Source: Somniosus microcephalus (taxonomy: Eukaryota). Taken from it: a stretch of DNA of 64,000 nt. Both the position numbers and the translations under genes were made by a program. The stretch covers positions 35,960,001-36,024,000 of the forward strand of contig CM126233.1 in assembly GCA_052327205.1 (NCBI GenBank), read 5' to 3'. Below are positions 34,474-44,720 of the stretch, piece after piece (the first letter of the stretch is position 1; every line of letters starts with the position of its first letter). The notes under the pieces are model-generated. The model had not been told where the DNA came from and searched no databases. It saw only the letters and a program-made list of their open reading frames with translations.

Positions 34474-34941
34474 AAAACCATTGCTTCAGCTTGGAATTAG
34501 AAGATATGGAAATTTTTCACTCACTTTAGTAGTTTCAGATATATATTTTTTATTTAAATTCCAGCCATGGCACAGCTGGTAGCATTGCCACCTCGAAGTA
34601 GTCAGCAGGTCGAGGGGTCAAGCCCCACGCTAGGACTTGACTACATAAACCACAATGACACTCCTGCATAGTACTGAGGGAGTGCTGCACTGTTGGAGGT
34701 GCCGTCTTTCGGATGAGATGTTAAACCAAAGCCCTGCCTGCCTGCTCAGGAGGGCGTAAAAGATCCCACTGGCACTACTCAGAGATGTCCTGGCTGGCAG
34801 AATGAAAATATTATAGACCAGCATTACACCGTACTGCAAACCCTGGGGCAGCTGTCTCTAACCCAGGCACTCACTATCTGCAGCACCATCTTAAGGTCAA
34901 AACATTCTCTCTAACGAGAATACTTTTAGGAAAGCACAGAC

Positions 34942-35034
34942 CTTTTGTTTCTTGTCAGAGTCTTTCTCCCCGGGATCCAAGAGGATGTTAAACATCTGCT
35001 CCACTCGAGCGTCAGTGGAGGATTGTAATCGGAC
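34942..35034 (-). CDS. unc45a: UNC45A exon 5
   Basis: tccag|GTC CGA...AAG|gtctgt; [31 protein letters not shown]. Confidence 0.95.
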
Positions 35035-35577
35035 CTGGAATCGAGAGATGGGGACACAGTAGTGAGGACTTTACACTGGAAGTGAAAAAAACACATCACC
35101 AGACCAGAGCTCAGCAACCATAAGAGTCATGGGTGATATTTAGCATCTTTGATCATTGGTACAAATTCAGTATTTTTAGTGAAAAACTTTTTTTCAATTC
35201 ACACTTCAATATTGAGCGATATGCTTCTTGTGAACTGCTCCAAGAACTCTCTCCAATCACAGCCAATCACAGAAGGACGGGCTCTAGAATTGTGCGGCTG
35301 GGTGTGTTTCACAGTTCAGCTGGACACAGTATGAAAATTTCACATACCCAGTGTTATAGTTTACTGAAACCCAGTGATAACTCAGAATTAATGCACAGGT
35401 AAGCTGCTGTGTCAGGTTAAGGACAAGCTGTACAACTGAAAGAAACAAAAGTTGATCTTTATTACCATGTAATACTGACAATATGCGAGGACCGGGTTAC
35501 AAGAGTATCTACAAATCCAATCCCAGAACTGCATCTTCATTAATATATTAAAACCCTTATGTCGGTCCACACTTCCC

Positions 35578-36352
35578 TCCCCTGCCGATCTGGCCCCTCC
35601 TCCCCCCGACCCATCTGCCCCTCCTCCCCCCCCCGCCGATCTGGCCCCTCCTCCCCCCCCCCGCCGATCTGGCACCTCCTCCCCCCTGCCCATCTGCCCC
35701 TCCTCCCCCGCCGATCTGGCCCCTCCTCCCCCCCCGCCGATCTGGCCCCTCCTCCCCCCCCCGCCGATCTGGCCCCTCCTCCACCCCGCCGATCTGGCCC
35801 CTCCTCACCCCGCCGATCTGGCCCCTCCTCCCCCCCCCCGCCGATCTGGCCCCTCCTCCCCCCCCCGCCGATCTGGCCCCTCCTCCCCCCGGCTGATCTG
35901 GCCCCTCCTCCCCCCCGCCGATCTGGCCCCTCCTCCCCCCTGCCGATCTGGCCCCTCCTCCCCCCTGCCGATCTGGCCCCTCCTCCCCCCTGCCGATCTG
36001 GCCCCTCCTCCCCCCTGCCGATCTGGCCCCTCCTCCCCCCTGCCGATCTGGCCCCTCCTCCCCCCTGCCGATCTGGCCCCTCCTCCCCCCTGCCGATCTG
36101 GCCCCTCCTCCCCCCTGCCGATCTGGCCCCTCCTCCCCCCTGCCGATCTGGCCCCTCCTCCCCCCTGCCGATCTGGCCCCTCCTCCCCCCTGCCGATCTG
36201 GCCCCTCCTCCCCCCTGCCGATCTGCCCCTCCTCCCCCCTGCCGATCTGGCCCCTCCTCCCCCCTGCCGATCTGGCCCCTCCTCCCCCCTGCCGATCTGG
36301 CCCCTCCTCCCCCCTGCCGATCTGGCCCCTCCTCCCCCCTGCCGATCTGCCC
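35578..36352. repeat. 25-bp GC-rich minisatellite at the start of unc45a intron 4
   Basis: Unit TGCCGATCTGGCCCCTCCTCCCCCC, about 30 copies. Confidence 0.95.
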
Positions 36353-36357
36353 CTTAC

Positions 36358-36533
36358 CATCTCCTGAACCTTTGTTGCAATTTGCCGCAGCGATTCCTGA
36401 AAGACTTTGTTCTTTGGTTCCAAAACAGCGCACCTCTGGATATCAGCGAATGCCTGATCCAGTCTCCCCAGCTCTTGCAGGGCTTGGCTCCTGCGGAACA
36501 GAGCCTTCACATCCTTCCCATCTGCCTCAATCA
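36358..36533 (-). CDS. unc45a: UNC45A exon 4 (TPR domain)
   Basis: ctcag|TG ATT...ATG|gtaagg; [27 protein letters not shown]...[13 protein letters not shown]. Confidence 0.96.
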
Positions 36534-36704
36534 CTGAGAACAAAGGGACAATCACTGCTGGTGAGCAAACAGTCCGAGAGTTGATGCGGCTCTACACAGA
36601 GATTTAACTAGCTGAAACAAGGGGCACTGGCGGGTGGAATCCACTGTCCAGGGAAGCACAAGTGTAGAATGACTTAAGAGAGAATTGGATAGATTCAAGG
36701 GGTA

Positions 36705-37130
36705 CAGTTGCATCGTGGTTATGTTACTGGACCAGTAACCCAGAGGCCTGGGCTACCACTGACCAGGAGTTCAAATCCCACCACGGCAGCTGGGGAATTT
36801 AAATTTTTTTAAAAAGCTAGTAGCTGGAAACTGCCGGATTGTAAAAACCCATCTGCTTCACTAATGTCCTTTAGGGAAGAAAATCTGCCATCCTTACCCG
36901 GTCTGGCCTGTATGTGACTCCAGACCCACAGCAATGTGGTTGACTCTTAACTGCCCTCTGAAATGGCCGAGCGAGCCACTCCGTTGGACTAAACCACTAC
37001 AAAGATATATACTGAGAATACAGACTGCAGCGGTTCAAGAAGGCGGCTCACCACCACCTTCTCAAGGGCAATTATGGATGAGCAATAAATGCCGGCCTTG
37101 CCAGCGATGCCCACATCCCATGAACAAATT
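36705..37130 (+). mobile_element. tRNA-derived SINE of a second family, tail shared with the LINE at 5690-6150
   Basis: B box GAGTTCAAATCC; tail GGGCAATTATGGATGAGCAATAAATGCCGGCCTTGCCAGCGATGCCCACATCCCATGAA. Confidence 0.7.
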
Positions 37131-37267
37131 TTTTTTTAAAAAGCTATCTGATGGACGGACAGACGCTTATAGGACTGGCCAGATTCACTGCAGAGTCTTT
37201 ACCGGTCCAATACTTTGTCCACACTCTGCAATCTGCATAATTTCATCAGCATCACAAACTGGCCGCA

Positions 37268-38990
37268 CACGCACGGCGGACGCAGTCTCCCCACGCGCAC
37301 GCCGTCTCCCCACGCGCACGGCGGACGCCGTCTCCCCACGCGCACGGCGGACGCAGTCACCCCACGCGCACGGCGGACGCAGTCTCCCCACGCGCACGGC
37401 GGACGCAGTCTCCCCACGCGCACGGCGGACGCAGTCTCCCCACGCGCACGGCGGACGCAGTCTCCCCACGCGCACGGCGGACGCAGTCTCCCCACGCGCA
37501 CGGCGGACGCAGTCTCCCCACGCGCACGGCGGACGCAGTCTCCCCACGCGCACGGCGGACGCAGTCTCCCCACGCGCACGGCGGACGCAGTCTCCCCACG
37601 CGCACGGCGGACGCAGTCTCCCCACGCGCACGGCGGACGCAGTCTCCCCACGCGCACGGCGGACGCAGTCTCCCCACGCGCACGGCGGACGCAGTCTCCC
37701 CACGCGCACGGCGGACGCAGTCTCCCCACGCGCACGGCGGACGCAGTCTCCCCACGCGCACGGCGGACGCAGTCTCCCCACGCGCACGGCGGACGCAGTC
37801 TCCCCACGCGCACGGCGGACGCAGTCTCCCCACGCGCACGGCGGACGCAGTCTCCCCACGCGCACGGCGGACGCAGTCTCCCCACGCGCACGGCGGACGC
37901 AGTCTCCCCACGCGCACGGCGGACGCAGTCTCCCCACGCGCACGGCGGACGCAGTCTCCCCACGCGCACGGCGGACGCAGTCTCCCCACGCGCACGGCGG
38001 ACGCAGTCTCCCCACGCGCACGGCGGACGCAGTCTCCCCACGCGCACGGCGGACACAGTCTCCCCACGCGCACGGCGGACACAGTCTCCCCACGCGCACA
38101 GCAGTCTCCCCACGCGCACAGCAGACACAGTCTCCCCACGCGCACAGCAGACACAGTCTCCCCACGCGCACAGCAGACACAGTCTCCCCACGCGCACAGC
38201 AGACACAGTCTCCTCACGCGCACAGCAGACACAGTCTCCCCACGCGCACAGCAGACACAGTCTCCCCACGCGCACAGCAGACACAGTCTCCCCACGCGCA
38301 CAGCAGACACAGTCTCCCCACGCGCACAGCAGACACAGTCTCCCCACGCGCACAGCAGACACAGTCTCCCCACGCGCACAGCAGACACAGTCTCCCCACG
38401 CGCACAGCAGACACAGTCTCCCCACGCGCACAGCAGACACAGTCTCCCCACGCGCACAGCAGACACAGTCTCCCCACGCGCACAGCAGACACAGTCTCCC
38501 CACGCGCACAGCAGACACAGTCTCCCCACGCGCACAGCAGACACAGTCTCCCCACGCGCACAGCAGACACAGTCTCCCCACGCGCACAGCAGACACAGTC
38601 TCCCCACGCGCACAGCAGACACAGTCTCCCCACGCGCACAGCAGACACAGTCTCCCCACGCGCACAGCAGACACAGTCTCCCCACGCGCACAGCAGACAC
38701 AGTCTCCCCACGCGCACGGCGGACACAGTCTCCCCACGCGCACGGCGGACACAGTCTCCCCACGCGCACGGCGGACACAGTCTCCCCACGCGCACGGCGG
38801 ACACAGTCTCCCCACGCGCACGGCGGACACAGTCTCCCCACGCGCACGGCGGACACAGTCTCCCCACGCGCACGGCGGACACAGTCTCCCCACGCGCACG
38901 GCGGACACAGTCTCCCCACGCGCACGGCGGACACAGTCTCCCCACGCGCACGGCGGACACAGTCTCCCCACGCGCACAGCAGACACAGTC
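37268..38990. repeat. 26-bp minisatellite (about 65 copies) in unc45a intron 3, variants arranged in blocks
   Basis: Unit CGCACGGCGGACGCAGTCTCCCCACG with variants ...AGCAGACAC... and ...GGCGGACAC... Confidence 0.97.
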
Positions 38991-39112
38991 AGTATTCAGA
39001 CTATTCCAGGTTAAAGCATTCTGGGTCAGCATGTACACACAACCAGGTAAACATGGCATCACTGAGAGTTGATACTTTATACACACAAGTCAACAGAAAT
39101 CACATCACTCAC

Positions 39113-39149
39113 CTTTCGAGGCATCAGCTTCAGCTTTTGAGTACTCCTC
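39113..39149 (-). CDS. unc45a: UNC45A exon 3 (37 nt)
   Basis: atcag|GAG GAG TAC...AAA G|gtgagt; EEYSKAEADASK. Confidence 0.94.
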
Positions 39150-39285
39150 CTGATAAGTAATGGGAACATACAAAAATCAGACACGGGCCTGAGCTGATTA
39201 AAGATTCATTACAAACCACAATTATTCAATTCACAATTTTTCCAAAGGTCACCTGTGAAATCCTGGTCATTTTGATTTTACTCAC

Positions 39286-39444
39286 CAGTTTGAGGTAGCA
39301 GGCTGCTCTATTGCGGTGAAGGACTGTGCTCTCTGACAGGTCTTGGGAAAGCTCGATTGCTTGTGTATAGCAGGACAAGGCCGTCTCGTAGTCTCCCAAT
39401 TTAAAATGTTTGTTGCCGTCCTCCCGCAGCTCTGCCACACTGGC
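39286..39444 (-). CDS. unc45a: UNC45A exon 2 (TPR domain)
   Basis: tgcag|GCC AGT...CTG|gtgagt; ASVAELREDGNKHFKLGDY...VLHRNRAACYLKL. Confidence 0.96.
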
Positions 39445-39614
39445 CTGCAACAAGAAAATGATGAGAAATTGGACTGTGCCAATCCAGCTCCTCATGGGCA
39501 TTTGTGGGAACAACTGACCCTGATTTGGCACTAAATTAGAAATTTAACTCATAGAAGTCAAAATGGTCCTGCACTGGGCACTTTACTGAGGTTGCGACTG
39601 AGGTGCATTATTAG

Positions 39615-40062
39615 AGCAGTGTAGAGGGAGCTTTACTCTGTATCTAACCCGTGCTGTACTGTCCTGGGAGTGTTTGATGGGGCAGTGTAGAGGGAGCTTT
39701 ACTCTGTATCTAACCCATGCTGTACCTGCCCTGGGAGTGTTTGATGGGACAGTGTAGAGGAGCTTTACTCTGTATCTAACCCGTGCTGTACCTGTCCTGG
39801 GAGTGTTTGATGGGGCAGTGTAGAGGGAGCTTTACTCTGTATCTAACCTATGCTGTACCTGTCCTGGGAGTGTTTGATGGGGCAGTGTAGAGGGAGCTTT
39901 ACTCTGTATCTAACCCATGCTGTACCTGCCCTGGGAGTGTTTGATGGGACAGTGTAGAGGGAGCTTTACTCTGTATCTAACCCGTGCTGTACCTGCCCTG
40001 GGAGTGTTTGATGGGACAGTGTAGAGGAAGCTTTACTCTGTATCTAACCCTGGGAGTGTTTG
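39615..40062. repeat. ~67-bp tandem repeat, about 6.5 copies
   Basis: GTGTAGAGGGAGCTTTACTCTGTATCTAACCCGTGCTGTACCTGCCCTGGGAGTGTTTGATGGGACA at 39619, 39685, 39752 and onward. Confidence 0.92.
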
Positions 40063-40259
40063 AAGTCGACATAAAGTGTCTAAAATGTATGGAGCGTGAC
40101 TTGAAGCCGCATCTTGACTCGGGGCGAGAATGGCACCAACTGAATAAACATGGCGCGGTGCTGAGTCCATGTTCCTGAAATCTCCGGGTCCCCACAGCTC
40201 CCGGGAGTTGCAGCAGCAGCCCGGCCTCCCCGCACTCACCCCCTCGGCACACCTGCAGT

Positions 40260-42985
40260 CCCCACTCTGCCGCCCCCCTCCCTGCCCTCCTCCCCCCCCG
40301 GGTCCCCGCTCTGCCCCCCTTTCCCCCCCCCCACCCCGGTCCCCGCTCTGCCCCCCTTCTTCCCCCCCGGGTCCCCGCTCTGCCCCCCTTCTTTTCTTTC
40401 CGCCCCCCCCCCGGTCCCCGCTCTGCCCCCCTTCTTCCCCCCCGGGTCCCCGCTCTGCCCCCCTTCTTTTCTTTCCGCCCCCCCCCCCCCCGCCTCCCCG
40501 CTCTGCCACCCTTCTTTCCCCCACGGGTCCCCGCTCTGCCCCCCTTCTTTCCCCCACGGGTCCCCGCTCTGCCCCCCTTCTTCCCCCCACCCCCCGGCCC
40601 CCGCTCTGCCCCCCTTCTTCCCCCCCGGTCCCCGCTCTGCCCCCTCCCCCCCGGTCCCCGCTCTGCCCCCCTTCTTTCCCCCCCGCCCCCCCCGGTCCCT
40701 GCTCTGCCCCCCTTCTTTCCCCCCCGCCCCCCCGGTCCCCGCTCTGCCCCCCTCACACACCCCCGGTCCCCGCTCTGCCCCCCTCACCCCCCCGGTCCCC
40801 GCTCTGCCCCACCCCCGCCTCCTCCTCACCCCCCTGTCCCTGCTCTGCCCCCCCTCACACACCCCGGTCCCGCTCCCCCTCTGCCCCCCCCCTCCGGTCC
40901 CCCGCCTCTGCTCCCCCTCCGGTTCCCGCTCTGCACCCCCCCCCTCCTCCCCCCCCCCGCCCCCACCGGTCCCCGGTCTCCCCCCCCCCTCCCGGTCCCC
41001 GCTCTGCCCCCCTTCTCCCCCCCCCCCCGGTCCCCGCTCTGCCCCCCTTCTCCTCCCCCCCCCCCGGTCCCCGCTCTGCCCCCCTTCTCCCCCCCCCCCC
41101 CCCCCGGTCCCCCGCTCTGCCCCCCTTCTCCTCCCCCCCCCCCCGGTCCCCGCTCTGCCCCCCTTCTCCTCCCCCCCCCCCCCGGTCCCCGCTCTGCCCC
41201 CCTTCTCCTCCCCCCCCCCCCCGGTCCCCGCTCTGCCCCCCTTCTCCTCCCCCGGTCCCCGCTCTGCCCCCCTTCTCCTCCCCACCCCCCTGTCCCTGCT
41301 CTGCCCCCCTCACACACCCCCGGTCCCCGCTCTGCCCCCCCTCCGGTCCCCGCTCTGCTCCCCCCCCTCCCCCTCCGGTTCCCGCTCTGCACCCCCCCCC
41401 CTCCTCCTCCCCCCCGCCCCCCCACCGGTCCCCGGTCTCCCCCCCCCCTCCCGGTCCCCGCTCTGCCCCCCTTCTCCCCCCCCCCCGGTCCCCGCTCTGC
41501 CCCCCTTCTCCTCCCCCCCCCCCCCGGTCCCCGCTCTGCCCCCCCTTCTCCTCCCCCCCCCCCCCGGTCCCCGCTCTGCCCCCCTTCTCCTCCCCCCCCC
41601 CCCCCCGGTCCCCGCTCTGCCCCCCTTCTCCTCCCCCCCCCCCCCCGGTCCCCGCTCTGCCCCCCTTCTCCTCCCCCCCCCCCCCCCGGTCCCCGCTCTG
41701 CCCCCTTCTCCTCCCCCCCCCCCCCGGTCCCCGCTCTGCCCCCCCTTCTCCTCCCCCCCCCCCCCCCCCGGTCCCCGCTCTGCCCCCTTCTCCTCCCCCC
41801 CCCCCCCCCCGGTCCCCGCTCTGCCCCCCTTCTCCTCCCCCCCCCCCCCCCCCCGGTCCCCGCTCTGCCCCCCCTTCTCCTCCCCCCCCCCCCCGTCCCC
41901 GCTCTGCCCCCCTTCTCCTCCCCCGGTCCCCGCTCTGCCCCCCTCTCCTCCCCCGGTCCCCGCTCTGCCCCCCTTCTCCTCCCCCGGTCCCCGCTCTGCC
42001 CCCCTTCTCCTCCCCCGGTCCCGCTCTGCCCCCCTTCTCCTCCCCGGTCCCCGCTCTGCCCCCCTTCTCCTCCCCCCGGTCCCCGCTCTGCCCCCCTTCT
42101 CCTCCCCCGGTCCCCGCTCTGCCCCCCTCCCCCCCCCCCGGTCCCCGCTCTGCCCCCTTCTCCTCCCCCCCCCCGGTCCCCCGCTCTGCCCCCCCTTCTC
42201 CTCCCCCCCCCCGGTCCCGCTCTGCCCCCCTTCTCCTCCCCCCCCCGGCTCGCCCGCTCTGCCCCCCCTTCTCCTCCCCCGGTCCCCGCTCTGCCCCCGT
42301 CTCCTCCCCCGGTCCCCGCTCTGACCCCCTTCTCCTCCCCCGGTCCCGCTCTGCCCCCCTCTCTCCCCCGGTCCCCGCCTGCCCCCCTCTCCTCCCTCCC
42401 CCCCCCCGGTCCCCCGCTCTGCCCCCCTTCTCCTCCCCCCCCCACCCCGGTCCCCGCTCTGCCCCCTTCTCCTCCCCCCCCCACCCGGTCCCCGCTCTGC
42501 CCCCCCTTCTCTCCCCCCCCACCCCGGTCCCCGCTCTGCCCCCCTTCTCCTCCCCCCCCCACCCCGGTCCCTGCTCTGCCCCCTTCTCCTCCCCCCCCCC
42601 GGTCCCCCGCTCTGCCCCCTTCTCCTCCCCCCCGGTCCCCGCTCTGCCCCCTTCTCCTCCCCCCCCCCCCGGTCCCCACTCTGCCCCCTTCCTCCCCCCC
42701 CCGGTCCCCGCTCTGCCCCCCTTCTCCTCCCCCCCCCCGGTCCCCGCTCTGCCCCCCTTCTCCTCCCCCCCCCCGGTCCCCCCCCGCCCCCGCTCTGCCC
42801 CCCTTCTTTTCCCCCCCGCCCCCGCTCTGCCCCCCTTCTTTTCCCCCCCGCCCCCGCTCTGCCCCCCTTCTTAACAACCCCCCCCGGTCCCCGCTCTGCT
42901 CACCCCCCTGTCCCCGTTCTGCCCCCTCACCCACCCCCGGTCCCCGCTCTGCCTCCCCCCTCCGGTCCCCGCTCTGCCCCAAGCC
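40260..42985. repeat. Extremely C-rich (G-rich on the transcribed strand) minisatellite at the 5' end of unc45a intron 1
   Basis: Core CCGGTCCCCGCTCTGCCCCCC-TTCTCCT-Cn with variable C-runs. Confidence 0.95.
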
Positions 42986-42993
42986 TCTCTCAC

Positions 42994-43005
42994 CCTCGCC
43001 GCCAT
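42994..43005 (-). CDS. unc45a: UNC45A exon 1 coding part (MAAR)
   Basis: gaagATGGCGGCGAGG|gtgaga; strong Kozak context; phase 0 joins exon 2; CpG-rich context. Confidence 0.75.
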
Positions 43006-43100
43006 CTTCTCTCCCGTTGCCCCGGTGACCACAGACGGGCCCGAGCTTGTCGCGGGATGATGACGTCAGTGGAATGCCCATATACGGAGAGAGGCGCTGT
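43006..43100 (-). promoter_or_regulatory. Putative unc45a 5' UTR/core promoter with full CRE palindrome
   Basis: TGACGTCA at 43061-43068; YY1-type AAGATGGCGG overlapping the ATG. Confidence 0.55.
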
Positions 43101-43279
43101 CAATCAAAGGAGCTGAGCACTGGCACTTCTGTACATGGGACAGGATGGGCTGCATTTGAATGAATCAGGACTTGCCCAATGATTAAACATAGCTTGCACA
43201 ATCTATATCCACCATTGTGACTTTTATGATAAAGAAAAAGACTTGCATTTGTATAGCGCCTTTCACGACCAAATGTGCA

Positions 43280-43712
43280 AGCTGTGGGTCGCACTCTGGC
43301 CTCTGAGTCAGAAGGTCGTGGGTTCAAATCCCACTCCAGGGACTTGAGCACAAAAATCCAGGCTGACACTCCCAGTGCAGTGCTGAGGGAGTGTCGCACT
43401 GTCGGAGGTGCCGTCTTTCAGATGAGACGTTAAACCGAGGCCCCGTCTGCTCTCTCAGGTGGACGTAAAAGATCCCACGGGCACTATTTCGAAGAAGAGC
43501 AGGGGAGTTCTCCCCAGTGTCCTGGGGCCAATATTTATCCCTCAACCAACATCACTAAAACAGATGAGCTAGTTATTATCGCATTGCTGTTTGTGGGAGC
43601 TTGCTGCGCGCAAATTGGCTACTTCAAAAAGTAAATCATTGACTGTAAAGCGCTTTGGGTCATCCGATGGACGTGAAAGGTGCTATAGAAATGCAAGTCT
43701 TTCTTTTTCTTT
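43280..43712 (+). mobile_element. Deu-domain SINE inserted in an oppositely oriented SINE remnant (duplicated at ~45867-46300)
   Basis: tRNA head, Deu block and tail; minus-strand SINE pieces on both sides. Confidence 0.8.
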
Positions 43713-44220
43713 CACAACTACAGGACGTCCCAAAGCGCTTTGCAGCCAATGAAGTACTTTTTGAAGTGTTGTAATGTAGGAAACGCTGCAGCCAAATTGC
43801 ACACAGCAATACAATTGCATTTAGTTGGAGACAAAACCCGTAGGAAGTTTCTGTTGAAATTGCCCATTCATTATTTCTATCTAATTGATTGAGATCAGGT
43901 TGAATCTTCTCAGTACTGCGCTGCAATCAATGGGGCTGCTCTGTGGCACCAACCTCTGCTGGAGTAAGGAAGCTGACGCCTGCTAAACTGTCTTTTTTTG
44001 GCCAGGTTTCTCCCCGCCCTTTAGGACAATGACTCCTTGCTGAGATTCAGTTCCATGGATTCTGGACTCCTCGGGTGCAGCACCTTGAGAAAAAGTCTCA
44101 GCCGACCATTCTGTCTGCTTCACTGGCCTTCCCCAGTACCTTATTCCGTGATAAGTCTTAAACCCCTTGTGCATAAAAGTTCCCCCCCCCCCCCGACCCT
44201 CCCATCTTACTCCTAACTTG

Positions 44221-44720
44221 NNNNNNNNNNNNNNNNNNNNNNNNNNNNNNNNNNNNNNNNNNNNNNNNNNNNNNNNNNNNNNNNNNNNNNNNNNNNNNNN
44301 NNNNNNNNNNNNNNNNNNNNNNNNNNNNNNNNNNNNNNNNNNNNNNNNNNNNNNNNNNNNNNNNNNNNNNNNNNNNNNNNNNNNNNNNNNNNNNNNNNNN
44401 NNNNNNNNNNNNNNNNNNNNNNNNNNNNNNNNNNNNNNNNNNNNNNNNNNNNNNNNNNNNNNNNNNNNNNNNNNNNNNNNNNNNNNNNNNNNNNNNNNNN
44501 NNNNNNNNNNNNNNNNNNNNNNNNNNNNNNNNNNNNNNNNNNNNNNNNNNNNNNNNNNNNNNNNNNNNNNNNNNNNNNNNNNNNNNNNNNNNNNNNNNNN
44601 NNNNNNNNNNNNNNNNNNNNNNNNNNNNNNNNNNNNNNNNNNNNNNNNNNNNNNNNNNNNNNNNNNNNNNNNNNNNNNNNNNNNNNNNNNNNNNNNNNNN
44701 NNNNNNNNNNNNNNNNNNNN
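44221..44720. other. Assembly gap (500 N)
   Basis: Run of n. Confidence 1.

Noticed and set aside
34942-35034. Apparent frameshift in unc45a exon 5
   Set aside because: Recounting the C-run across 34968-34971 gives an intact 93-nt in-frame exon
37268-38990. CRISPR-like regular array
   Set aside because: Head-to-tail identical units with no unique spacers and no cas genes; vertebrate minisatellite
9322-43005. Alternative identity as unc45b
   Set aside because: Residues such as [12 protein letters not shown] and SPALT, and adjacency to rccd1, fit recalled UNC45A better
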